DNA of 31,356 bases. It comes from Candidatus Dormiibacterota bacterium (GTDB taxonomy: Bacteria > Chloroflexota > Dormibacteria > Dormibacterales > Dormibacteraceae). This document shows positions 16,644 through 25,368 of the stretch, in pieces. Position 1 is the first letter of the stretch. Each line of letters opens with the position of its first letter. The stretch is taken from assembly GCA_036500885.1 (NCBI GenBank), contig DASYBH010000261.1:1-31356 (forward strand). Direction: 5' to 3'. A program made the position numbers and the translations under genes. The notes under the pieces were generated by a model, which was not told where the DNA came from, did no database searches, and saw only the letters and a program-made list of their open reading frames with translations.

Positions 16644-17390
16644 ATGGCAGAGATCAAGTCGATCGCGGTCGTGGGCTACAAGAACGCCAGCGAGCAGGAC
16701 ACCATCACCCCGCTGGAGATCTTCCGGGGTGCGAAGCTCGTGCTGGGTGACCAGATCGCTCCGTGGAAGCGCGCGGACGGCCCGCGGCAGCTGGACGTCA
16801 AGCTCGTCTCGATGGAGCCCGGCAACATCACGATGCAGACGGGTACGCAGGTGGTGCCAGACGCCGTGCTCGGCGACCACGACCTGTTCGACATCTTCTA
16901 CGTCCCGGGCGGCGTCGGATCCGGCGCGATGACGCAGAACCACAAGCTCATCAACGCGATCAAGCGACACCACTCCGCCGGCAAGGTGATCGGCGCCAAC
17001 TGCTCGGGCGTCGGCGTCCTGCACCGGGCGGGGATCCTGGGCAAGACGCAGGTGACGGCGGTCGCCGCGGTCGTGCGCGGAATGCGCGCGGAGGGGACCA
17101 ACGTTCCACAGCCGCGGCGGATGTGGGAGGGCGACCCGGAGCGGGGCATCTGGACGGCCACCGGCTCGTACGGCATCAACGGCGCCACCGTGGCGATGGT
17201 GGCCCATTACTTCGGTCGCGAGGTCGGGACGATCGTTTCGATGATGTTCGACACGTACGGTGGGGTCGGCGAGCACATCTACGAGCTGCGCGGGCCCGAG
17301 TTCTACTACCACCCGGACCTGGAGCCCAAGTTCCAGGACTACTTCGAGCCCATGCTGCTTCCCAAGCCGAAGCAGGAAGCGCACAGGTGA
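16644..17390 (+). CDS. DJ-1/PfpI family protein (isonitrile hydratase InhA-like subgroup)
   Basis: SEQDTITPLEIF, FDIFYVPGG, nucleophile elbow ANCSG (C120) and WTATGSYGING. GAGGAGG ribosome-binding site. Confidence 0.85.
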   Translation: MAEIKSIAVVGYKNASEQDTITPLEIFRGAKLVLGDQIAPWKRADGPRQLDVKLVSMEPGNITMQTGTQVVPDAVLGDHDLFDIFYVPGGVGSGAMTQNHKLINAIKRHHSAGKVIGANCSGVGVLHRAGILGKTQVTAVAAVVRGMRAEGTNVPQPRRMWEGDPERGIWTATGSYGINGATVAMVAHYFGREVGTIVSMMFDTYGGVGEHIYELRGPEFYYHPDLEPKFQDYFEPMLLPKPKQEAHR

Positions 17391-18163
17391 TCACGGTAAC
17401 GGCAGTACAGCACGTCAAGCCGGGCAAGGAAGGCGACGTCGAAACGCTGATGCGGGACCTCACGACCAGGGTCAGGGCCAACGAACCGGGCTGCGTGACC
17501 TTCGACTACGTTCGCTCGAACGACAACGAGCACACCTACCTGGTCATCGAGCAGTACGCCGACGAGGCGGCGTTCGGTCAGCACAGGACGACGCAGTACC
17601 TGCAGGACTTCATTCCGCACCTGCTGGAGTGCCTGCGGAAGCCGCCCGAGGTCGTGACGTATCGAGACGTGCTGCCGGCGCCGCCATCCGCTCAGTCCTA
17701 CTTCCACGCGGGAGTGGTGGTCCCGGACCTGGAACGAGCCGTGGCGTGCTACTCCGACGTGCTGGGCATCCGGTTCACCGAGCCGGCTACGTTCGACGTT
17801 CCGCGGCTCGAGGACCCCCATCCGCACCACTTCGAGCTGGTGTGCGCGTTCTCGATGACCGCGCCACCGTACTACGAACTGATCCAGGCCAATGGCGACG
17901 GGATCATCTCCGTCGCCAACGCCGGCAGGATCCTCTACTTCGGCATCTGGGAACCCGACATGGCCGGCCGGCTGGAGCGCCTGCGGCAGCGGGGCGTCGG
18001 CGTCGATGCCCTGTTCCGCATGGACGCCACCTCACCGCCCTTCGCGCTGATCACCGCGCCGGACCTGCTGGGCGCGCGGATCGAGTACGTCGACGTGAGC
18101 GACAGGGAACCGATCGAAGAGTGGGTTCGGACCGGCAAGTTTCCTGGCGGGATCGGGGGTTAG
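17387..18163 (+). CDS. ABM (quinol monooxygenase-like) - VOC/glyoxalase fusion protein, 258 aa
   Basis: GTG start overlaps the upstream TGA. N-terminus VKPGKEGD...EPGCVTFDY...YLVIEQYADEAAFGQHRTT is ABM-like. C-terminus YFHAGVVVPDLERAV...YYELIQ...RIEYV is VOC-like. Confidence 0.85.
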   Translation: MITVTAVQHVKPGKEGDVETLMRDLTTRVRANEPGCVTFDYVRSNDNEHTYLVIEQYADEAAFGQHRTTQYLQDFIPHLLECLRKPPEVVTYRDVLPAPPSAQSYFHAGVVVPDLERAVACYSDVLGIRFTEPATFDVPRLEDPHPHHFELVCAFSMTAPPYYELIQANGDGIISVANAGRILYFGIWEPDMAGRLERLRQRGVGVDALFRMDATSPPFALITAPDLLGARIEYVDVSDREPIEEWVRTGKFPGGIGG

Positions 18164-18302
18164 CGGGGCGGCGAGCGCGCCCTATCGCGGCGGTGCCGCA
18201 CATGCGCCAGGGAGCGTGGGCCAGTGAGGCGGCGGTGCGCCGCCTCGCCGGCCCGCTCCCGCCAGCGGCGACCCGCCGACTCTGGACGAAAAGGAGGTCG
18301 TC

Positions 18303-19466
18303 ATGTCCGTCGTCGTGGACCAGATCGCAACTGAACCCGCCAACCGGGACATCGCCTGGCTGCACGAGGCGCTCCAGTCGGCGATCGCCCTGGAACACTC
18401 GACGCTGCCGCTGTACCTCGCCGCGATGTTCTCGCTGGAGGTGCAGAACTACCCGACCTACAACGCCATCCGCAGCGTGGTCATGGAGGAGATGGTGCAC
18501 ATGGCCATCGCCGCCAACATGCTGGCGGCGATCGGGGGCTCGCCCCGCATCAAGGACCTCGATCCCGGCTACCCGTGTCACGGTCTGCCCGGCGGCGCCG
18601 AGCCGGACCTGCAGGCCGGCCTGGCCAGGCTCTCCCCGCGGCAGCTGCAGAACTTCATGCGCCTGGAGGCGCCCCTCTTCCTGCTGCCGGAGAAGCACCG
18701 CAAGGAGGGCTACCCGACGATCGGCCGGCTCTACACCGCGATCAAGGAGGCCATCGTCGCCAACGCGGACGCCGTGAGGGAGGCGTTCACGGCCGGTGGC
18801 ACTGCCAACCAGGTGGGGGACAACATCGGGTTCACCACGATCAGCCCAACGCCCGGCATCGATCCGGTCGACCTGCTCGACCGGGCCATCGACGAGATCC
18901 TCGCCCAGGGTGAGGGATCGACCTCGGGCACCATCCAGGCGGGACCCGAGTACGAGAACGAGGAGTCGCACTACGGCAAGTTCGCCGAGCTGTGGTACGG
19001 CGCGCGGTACCAGGAACCGAACCCGCCGGTGCCGCTGAACCGCAAGAACGAGGCGCAGTTCTTCAAGGGCACGAAGATCACCTGGCCGGTCGTCGTCAAC
19101 ACGCTCGCGGTGCCCGCCGACGGGTACGCGCGCATCCTGGCGCGCGATCCGAACGGCCAGGCGGTGTCCAGGGACCTCACGGCCTTCGACACCGTGTACA
19201 CGGGGATCATGGCCCAGCTGGACGCCATGTGGAACGGTCCGGTCGACACCCTGTGGCCGACGTTCGGCGAGGCCGTGAAGGGCATGACCGACCTTCGGGT
19301 CCTGTCCTGCTTCAACATCATGCGGTACCACGTGCCGGCCCCGGTGATCGCGGAGCTGCCACGTCTCTACCCTGACGAGTACCCGTTCCTGTCGACATAC
19401 ACCGATCTCGACAAGCCGGTCTTCTACGGCCCGCGCTTCCGCAATCTGGCGGCCGCGAGCCAGTAG
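18303..19466 (+). CDS. Ferritin-like domain protein (VioB/RebD-type Ferritin-like family, standalone)
   Basis: LQSAIALEHSTLPLYLAAMFSL, VVMEEMVHMAIAANMLAAIGGSP, QGEG and ESHYGKF motifs. AAAGGAGG ribosome-binding site. Confidence 0.85.
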   Translation: MSVVVDQIATEPANRDIAWLHEALQSAIALEHSTLPLYLAAMFSLEVQNYPTYNAIRSVVMEEMVHMAIAANMLAAIGGSPRIKDLDPGYPCHGLPGGAEPDLQAGLARLSPRQLQNFMRLEAPLFLLPEKHRKEGYPTIGRLYTAIKEAIVANADAVREAFTAGGTANQVGDNIGFTTISPTPGIDPVDLLDRAIDEILAQGEGSTSGTIQAGPEYENEESHYGKFAELWYGARYQEPNPPVPLNRKNEAQFFKGTKITWPVVVNTLAVPADGYARILARDPNGQAVSRDLTAFDTVYTGIMAQLDAMWNGPVDTLWPTFGEAVKGMTDLRVLSCFNIMRYHVPAPVIAELPRLYPDEYPFLSTYTDLDKPVFYGPRFRNLAAASQ

Positions 19467-19488
19467 GGGGCGCGGTCCGGTTTCTGGC

Positions 19489-19588
19489 AACCTCCCCCGT
19501 GTTCGGGGGAGGTTTGGGGTGGGGGATTGTTCGTCCAGCCGCGGCGCGAGAGGGAGCAACCCCCTTCCCTGCCCTCCCTGGACGAACA
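19489..19588. repeat. Composite REP-like hairpins
   Basis: AACCTCCCCCG-TGTT-CGGGGGAGGTT (19489-19514) with a TGGGGTGGGGG tail, and an 11-bp inverted repeat TGTTCGTCCAG / CTGGACGAACA (19528-19588). The tail matches 27300-27319 in reverse orientation. Confidence 0.6.
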
Positions 19589-19670
19589 CCTGACGGCGGT
19601 CCTGGGGTCCTGTGCGGACTATGCTGGGCCGGTGCATACGGGGTGAACCCGAGGTACTGGGGAGGAACCG

Positions 19671-20351
19671 ATGAGAAAGCGCGTCTACTATCACCATATC
19701 GCTGGGCACAGCATCGAGCGATTGGGCGCCCTGAGCGATGGCATCTTCGCAGTTGCCATGACGCTGCTCGTACTCGACGTCCACGTTCCCGCCGGCGAAG
19801 CGCTCCACTCGCTGGCGCGGGTCCAGGCGCTGTGGGCGGCTGGCTCGCTGGTGCCGGACCAGGCGCTCTGGAGCGCCCTTGGCGGACTGGCGCCGAACGT
19901 GCTCGCGTACCTGTTGAGCTTTCTGACCCTCGGCATGTTCTGGGTCGGCCATCAGACGCAGCTCAGCCACTTCAAGCGCAGCAATCGCTATCTCACCTGG
20001 ATCCACCTCGCGTTCCTGTTCGGGGTGTCGCTGATGCCGTTCTCGACGGGTCTGCTGGCCGCGTTCATCACGTTCCGGGTCGCCCTGGTGCTGTACTGGC
20101 TCAACCTCCTCTTCCTCGGGTTCACGCTCATCGCCAGCTGGCGGTACGCGGAGCGTGCGGGATTGGTCAACGAGGAGACGACCGACGACCTGCGCCATGC
20201 GCTGCAGCGGCGCATCGTGATCGCGCAGACCCTCTACGCGATCGCGGTGGCATTCTGTGTCATCAACACCTACGTCAGCATCACCATCCTCGTCCTGCTG
20301 CAGCTGAACTCCGCCATCGCGCCGCGGATATTCCCACTCGATCGCTTCTGA
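19671..20351 (+). CDS. TMEM175 family (DUF1211) membrane protein, putative K+ channel
   Basis: N-terminal signature ERLGALSDGIFAVAMTLLVLDV, FWVGHQ, LMPFSTGLL, and about six hydrophobic helices. Confidence 0.9.
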   Translation: MRKRVYYHHIAGHSIERLGALSDGIFAVAMTLLVLDVHVPAGEALHSLARVQALWAAGSLVPDQALWSALGGLAPNVLAYLLSFLTLGMFWVGHQTQLSHFKRSNRYLTWIHLAFLFGVSLMPFSTGLLAAFITFRVALVLYWLNLLFLGFTLIASWRYAERAGLVNEETTDDLRHALQRRIVIAQTLYAIAVAFCVINTYVSITILVLLQLNSAIAPRIFPLDRF

Positions 20352-20360
20352 CGGCGGTGA

Positions 20361-22376
20361 TCAGTCGCTGCTCGAGAGTCGGGCTCCCAGCTGCCGCAGG
20401 AAGCGGTCCCACTGCTCATGGAACTCTGGCGAGTCGGGCGCGTGGCCCGTGGTCATGCGTGTGATCTGGGGCAGCAGCTGCGGGCAGTGGGTGAGCGCGA
20501 AGGCCATCAGCCGCAGCGCGGCGGCGTCGAACTCGGGGTCGATGAGACGCTCCCGCTGCCGGTCCCGGACCTCCGCCACCTGGCGATCGATCACCGCGCG
20601 CCGCTCGGTCTCGTGCGGGATCGGACCGCCGGCGCCCACGACGAGCGCCTCCTCGAGCAGGTATCGGTGCCAGGTCGGGCTGTGTCCGGGGTGCTCGAAC
20701 TGGTGCACCAGGAACTCACCCGTCTCGCGCGGCGTCTCCTCGACCTGGAGCGCTCCGAGTGAGGCCTCGTGGTGCAGGGTCTCGGCCATGTGGTGCCGAA
20801 GGATGTGCTCCATCAGGTGATCGCCGGCGCGCCCGCCCGTCGCGAAGTAGAACGAGTGCACCAGGCCGTGGAGGTGGCTGGGCGCCCGCTCCAGGAAGAC
20901 GTTCGACCTCGCGACGGGAGCAGGGCGTGGCAGCAGGAAGACGAGGAGGAGCAACAGGATCGCGAGCCCGGCCAGCAGGGGCAGGGTGACCTGGTACGCG
21001 AACAGGTAGCGGGTCGCATGCGACGTGCCGGCCGGCTCGGCGCCCACGGCGAGGAAGAACACCATGCCCACCAGTGCGATGCCGAGCGTCTGCCCGAGCT
21101 GGAACGAGGTCGTCAGGGCTCCGGCCGCGGCTCCGGTGTCCTCCGGCCGGATCCCGGAGAGCACGGCGCCGATCAACGTCGAGACGGCGAGCCCCTGGCC
21201 GGTGCCGACGATGAGCAGGGCGGGCGCGAGCGTCCAGACGGTCAGGCCGGTGCCCGCGGCGTGCACGCTGGCGAGGATCGCCAGCATGCCGGCCAGCAGG
21301 ATGACGTATCCCAGGCTCAGGACGTGCCGTCCCAGTCCGGGGACCAGCCGCGGCGCCACGAGCGAGGCGAAGAAGAAGGCGACCCCTGAGGGCGCCGAGG
21401 CGAGGCCGGCCTGCAGCGCTGTGAAGCCCAGGCCGATCTGGAGGGTCACGGACGTGTAGACGAAGAAGCCGAGGGCGGTGACGAAGTACACCAGGCCGAT
21501 CGCGATCCCCGTGGCGAACGCCCTCTGTCGAAACAGCCCCAGCGTGAGCAGCGGATGCCCGCCCGTTCGCTCGACGCGCCCCTCGTACCAGACGAAGAGG
21601 GCGAAGACCGGGAACGAGGCCACCAGCATCGCCACCAGCCAGAGCGGCCAGCCGGCCTCGCGGCCGATGAGGAGCGGAAGGATCAGGAGCGCCAGCGCGG
21701 CGCCGAGGATGACGGTGCCGCCGTAGTCGAGCGTGGGCCGCCCCTCGGAGCGCGTGTCGCTCATGACGACGGCCGCGGCGACGAGGGCCGCCGTGCTGAC
21801 CGGCGCGAGGACCAGCATCGCCGGCCGCCACGCCAGTCCGCCGAGGTCGAGCTGGATGAGGACTCCCCCGATCAGCTGGCCGGCCACCAGCGCGACCCCG
21901 ATCGTCGCGCCGAACAGGCCGAGCGCGAGGCTGCGCTCCCCGCCCTCGAAGGTCTCCTCGATGATCGAGAGGATCTGCGGGTAGAGGAGAGCGGAGCCGA
22001 ATCCCTGGAGCACCCTCGCGCCGATCAGCGTCGTGGCGTTGGGAGCCAGGCCGCCCGCGACCAGCCCGATCGTGATGATGGCCAGGCCCGCCATCAGCAC
22101 GCGCTTTCGCCCCACGATGTCGCCCAGCCGCCCGCCGGCGATGAGGAAGATCGCGTAGACGAGCGTGTAGGCGGCGACGACCAGCTCGATCTCACCGAAG
22201 CTGGCGTTCAGCGTGCGCTGCATGGACGGCATGGCCAGGTTGACGATCGAGACGCCACCGATCACGAGGAACGTGCCGGTCAGAGCGACCGCGAGCACCA
22301 ACCAGCGCCGGTGGTCTGTCGCGTGGGCCGGTCTGGCCATCTGCGTGCGCTTCTCTCGGTCGGCGACCTGGATCAC
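20361..22376 (-). CDS. DHA2-type MFS exporter (14 TM) fused to a C-terminal TetR-like ligand-binding domain, 671 aa
   Basis: GTG 22376 follows GAGGAGG. Motif A GGRLGDIVGRKR, ARVLQGFGSA, motif C GQLIGG and LDYGG. The soluble tail (about 180 aa; LIDPEFDAAALRLMAFAL...PQITRMTTG...PEFHEQW) resembles a TetR C-terminal domain. Confidence 0.88.
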   Translation of the reverse strand: MIQVADREKRTQMARPAHATDHRRWLVLAVALTGTFLVIGGVSIVNLAMPSMQRTLNASFGEIELVVAAYTLVYAIFLIAGGRLGDIVGRKRVLMAGLAIITIGLVAGGLAPNATTLIGARVLQGFGSALLYPQILSIIEETFEGGERSLALGLFGATIGVALVAGQLIGGVLIQLDLGGLAWRPAMLVLAPVSTAALVAAAVVMSDTRSEGRPTLDYGGTVILGAALALLILPLLIGREAGWPLWLVAMLVASFPVFALFVWYEGRVERTGGHPLLTLGLFRQRAFATGIAIGLVYFVTALGFFVYTSVTLQIGLGFTALQAGLASAPSGVAFFFASLVAPRLVPGLGRHVLSLGYVILLAGMLAILASVHAAGTGLTVWTLAPALLIVGTGQGLAVSTLIGAVLSGIRPEDTGAAAGALTTSFQLGQTLGIALVGMVFFLAVGAEPAGTSHATRYLFAYQVTLPLLAGLAILLLLLVFLLPRPAPVARSNVFLERAPSHLHGLVHSFYFATGGRAGDHLMEHILRHHMAETLHHEASLGALQVEETPRETGEFLVHQFEHPGHSPTWHRYLLEEALVVGAGGPIPHETERRAVIDRQVAEVRDRQRERLIDPEFDAAALRLMAFALTHCPQLLPQITRMTTGHAPDSPEFHEQWDRFLRQLGARLSSSD

Positions 22377-22568
22377 GGACGTCCTCCTCAACCCCCCGGA
22401 TGACAGCGGGACCGTTCGAGCGTAACCACCTGAGCACGCGTCGACAGTTCTCCAGTCAACGCATCGCACCGCTGACGTGTCGAGCCGGACGCCCCGGCCG
22501 TGCCAGTGCGCCCAGGATACGATACGAGCCCCTTCCCCCGCCCCCCCGGGGACGTCACACCGGCGTTC

Positions 22569-22687
22569 TGAGTAGCGCGCTCCGGGCGCATCCGCAGCCA
22601 TCGGCCGAGATGTGAGTAATCCACCTGCCGATCCGGCTTTCCGCCGGCCAGCCTACTCAAGACGGTCGACCCCCGGACGGATACGTT
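22569..22687 (+). promoter_or_regulatory. Activator-dependent promoter candidate for the GMC/SnoaL/DJ-1/KSI operon (divergent from MFS)
   Basis: TGAGTAG (22569), TGAGTAATC (22613) and AGCCTACTCA (ends 22659), then 22 nt to -10 TACGTT (22682-22687). Confidence 0.7.
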
Positions 22688-22773
22688 GCGGATGCCGGAC
22701 GGACTCGCGACGCCCGGCGACGAACGCTCAGCTTCAGCAGTCGCGGCGATCGTCTTGAGTGGAGAGGAAACAC

Positions 22774-24282
22774 ATGAAGTACGACCACATCGTAGTTGGG
22801 GGCGGCTCGACCGGCGCGGTCCTTGCGACCCGGCTCTCTGAGGATCCGGGCTGCTCCGTCCTCCTGCTGGAGGCGGGCCCGGACTTTCCCGAGGTCGAAC
22901 AGCTCCCCGAGGACATCGCCAACGCGCGGACCGTCTCTGTGGAGAAGCACGACTGGGGCTACACCGCCGAGGCCGTGCCCGGGCGCACGATGGAGTATGC
23001 CCGCGGCAAGGTGACCGGCGGCTGCTCGGCCATCAACGGCGCGATCGCGCTGCGGGGGATCCCGGCCGACTTCGAGGAGTGGGCCGCGTGGGGGAACGAC
23101 GAGTGGGCGTGGGAGAAGGTCCTGCCCTACTTCATCAAGATCGAGGACGACCAGGACGAGGAGGGCCCGTACCACGGCAAGGGCGGTCCGACGCCGATCG
23201 TCCGCTGGCGCGACCACGAGCTCGTGCCTCTTCAGAAGGCGTACCTGGAGGCCTGCCTGGCACAGGGCTTCGCCTACGTCGCGGACCACAACGACCCCCG
23301 CAGCTCCGGCGTCGGGCCGATTCCCATGAACCGGTGCGGGAACCTGCGCGTCTCCTCGGCGGTCGCCTACCTGGGCCAGGCGCGGGAGCGCCTGAACCTG
23401 ACCATCCGGCCGGGTGCGCTCGTGAACCGCGTCCTCTTCGACGGGACGCGCGCGACCGGCGTCGAGGTGGAGGCCGGCGGACAGGTGCAGAGCATCTACG
23501 GCGAGAACATCACGCTGTCGCTCGGCGCGCTCAACACCCCGGCCGTGCTGCTGCGCTCGGGTGTGGGGCCGAGGGCCGAGCTCCGAAGGCTGGGAATCAA
23601 GCAGGTGCTCGACCAGCCCCACGTCGGGGCCAACCTGATCGAGCACCAGCAGATCACCGTCGGCATCGTGCCCAAGGCCAACGTCACGAGCCTCGACGAC
23701 CCGGACGTGCAGATCATCGTCCGGTACACCTCACCCGGCACGAACCAGGAAAACAACATGCAGATGTACTTCGTCAGCCGCTATGTGCCGATCACGCACC
23801 GGCCGATCAGCGTCATGAGCGTGCTGCAGAAGCCGAAGTGCCGGGGCAAGGTCTCCATCAAGACCGTGGACCCGCACAAGCAGCCGGACATCTTCCTGAA
23901 CTCCTACGGCGAGCCGGAGGACAGGCAGATCGCGCTGGAGGGCGTGCGGCTGTGCTGGGAGGTCGCCAGGTCGAAGCCGGTCCAGGACCTCGCCGCGGGG
24001 ATGGCGGACACGCTGACGCCGGAGCAGGTGAAGAACGACAAGGCGCTGCTCGAGTACGTCAAGGAGCACTCCGCGACCCTGTGGCACCCGGTCGGCACCT
24101 GCAAGATGGGCCCCAGCAGCGACTCCACGGCGGTGGTCGACCAGTACTGCCACGTGCACGGCCTGGACAACCTGCGGGTCGCCGACGCCTCCGTGATGCC
24201 CAACCACGTCAGCGGAAACCCGAACCTCACCTGCTTCGTGATCGGCGAGCGAGTGGCCGACTGGGCGAAGAAGGGCCTGTAG
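22774..24282 (+). CDS. GMC family FAD-dependent oxidoreductase (choline dehydrogenase/alcohol oxidase-like)
   Basis: MKYDHIVVGGGSTG, LLLEAGPD, ARGKVTGGCSAING, WHPVGTCKMG, LRVADASVMP and GNPN (His/Asn catalytic pair). GAGAGG ribosome-binding site. Confidence 0.95.
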   Translation: MKYDHIVVGGGSTGAVLATRLSEDPGCSVLLLEAGPDFPEVEQLPEDIANARTVSVEKHDWGYTAEAVPGRTMEYARGKVTGGCSAINGAIALRGIPADFEEWAAWGNDEWAWEKVLPYFIKIEDDQDEEGPYHGKGGPTPIVRWRDHELVPLQKAYLEACLAQGFAYVADHNDPRSSGVGPIPMNRCGNLRVSSAVAYLGQARERLNLTIRPGALVNRVLFDGTRATGVEVEAGGQVQSIYGENITLSLGALNTPAVLLRSGVGPRAELRRLGIKQVLDQPHVGANLIEHQQITVGIVPKANVTSLDDPDVQIIVRYTSPGTNQENNMQMYFVSRYVPITHRPISVMSVLQKPKCRGKVSIKTVDPHKQPDIFLNSYGEPEDRQIALEGVRLCWEVARSKPVQDLAAGMADTLTPEQVKNDKALLEYVKEHSATLWHPVGTCKMGPSSDSTAVVDQYCHVHGLDNLRVADASVMPNHVSGNPNLTCFVIGERVADWAKKGL

Positions 24283-24323
24283 GCGCGTTCGGGACGCCCG
24301 TTGACCCAAGGAGACCAAGAGCC

Positions 24324-24740
24324 ATGATTGGAGACGGAACCAGGCTGGTGCACCTGTACTACGAGAAGTTCCTCACGACCCCGGGAGACCTGGACGTGGC
24401 GGACCAGATCCTCGCGACGGACGTGGTCTTCCACAACCCGATCTCACCCGACGGCATCCATGGCATCGACCAGTACAAGCAGTTCGCGCTCCGCTGGTAT
24501 CGCGGCTTCCCGGATCGCAGGTTCAAGGTCGAGGACACGGTCGAGGAGGGGAGCAAGGTCGCCGCCCTGTTCACCATCACCGGCACGCACAACGGTGAGT
24601 TCGCGGGCGCGGCGCCGACCGGGCACCACATCCAGGTGCACGGCATGAACATCTTCCGCATCGAGAAGGGGAAGATCAAGGACGTCAAGGCGTTCTTCAA
24701 CCCGCTGGAGCTGTACCAGCCGATCGGTGTGAAGCTGTGA
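24324..24740 (+). CDS. SnoaL-like ester cyclase / NTF2-fold protein, 138 aa
   Basis: YRGFPDRRFKVEDTVEEGSKVAALFTITGTHNGEFAGAAPTG...FRIEKGKI matches the ester cyclase pattern. AAGGAG ribosome-binding site before ATG 24324. Confidence 0.9.
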   Translation: MIGDGTRLVHLYYEKFLTTPGDLDVADQILATDVVFHNPISPDGIHGIDQYKQFALRWYRGFPDRRFKVEDTVEEGSKVAALFTITGTHNGEFAGAAPTGHHIQVHGMNIFRIEKGKIKDVKAFFNPLELYQPIGVKL

Positions 24741-25366
24741 CGTCTCCGTCCCCGTTCAAGGGCAGGATCGGGGTGCTCGTCGAGGACCACTTCGACCAGA
24801 CCGAGTACCGGATGTTCAACGAGTACTTCCCGGAGCAGGGATACGAGGTGGAGTACCTCTCCCACCTGTGGGGCCAGAGGCAACTGACGTTCGGCGGCAA
24901 TCCCGACAGCGGCGTCGTCGAAGAGCACGTGACAGTCACGACCGAGGTGCAGGACCTCGATCCCGCGGACTACAAGGGCATCATCCTGATCGGCGCCTAC
25001 GCCATGGACCGGCTGCGCTACCAGGAGCACGTCCACAGGGGTGGGAAGAACACCGCTCCCGCGGTCGACTTCCTGCGCAGGGCGCTGAGCACCAACGGTG
25101 TCAAGATCGGTACGATCTGCCACTCCCTGTGGCTGCTGTGCGCCGACCCCGATCTCATTCGCGGCCGGCAGGTGACGTGCGCCCACAACATCGTGTGCGA
25201 TGTGGAGAACGCCGGCGGCGAGGTGATCTACTCCGGGGACGGGACCGCGGAGGTCGTGGTCGATGGCAACCTGGTCTCGGCCAAGCATCCCGCCGTGACG
25301 GACCGGTTCATGGCCCGCTTCGTGCAGGAGATCGAGCGGGCTCCGGTGGGAGTGCAAGGAGGGTAG
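24737..25366 (+). CDS. DJ-1/PfpI family protein (PfpI-like, Cys-His dyad)
   Basis: IGVLVEDHFDQTEY, YKGIILIG, AMDRLR, nucleophile TICHS and VVVDGNLVSAKHP. GTGA overlap with the upstream gene. Confidence 0.9.
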   Translation: MTSPSPFKGRIGVLVEDHFDQTEYRMFNEYFPEQGYEVEYLSHLWGQRQLTFGGNPDSGVVEEHVTVTTEVQDLDPADYKGIILIGAYAMDRLRYQEHVHRGGKNTAPAVDFLRRALSTNGVKIGTICHSLWLLCADPDLIRGRQVTCAHNIVCDVENAGGEVIYSGDGTAEVVVDGNLVSAKHPAVTDRFMARFVQEIERAPVGVQGG

Positions 25367-25368
25367 AC

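Noticed and set aside
19640-19657. GGGGTGAACCCGAGGTA upstream of the TMEM175 gene resembles part of the c-di-AMP (ydaO) riboswitch
   Set aside because: The downstream conserved CCCGAACCCGTCAGCTAAC block and upstream elements are absent. An Infernal/Rfam scan would settle it.
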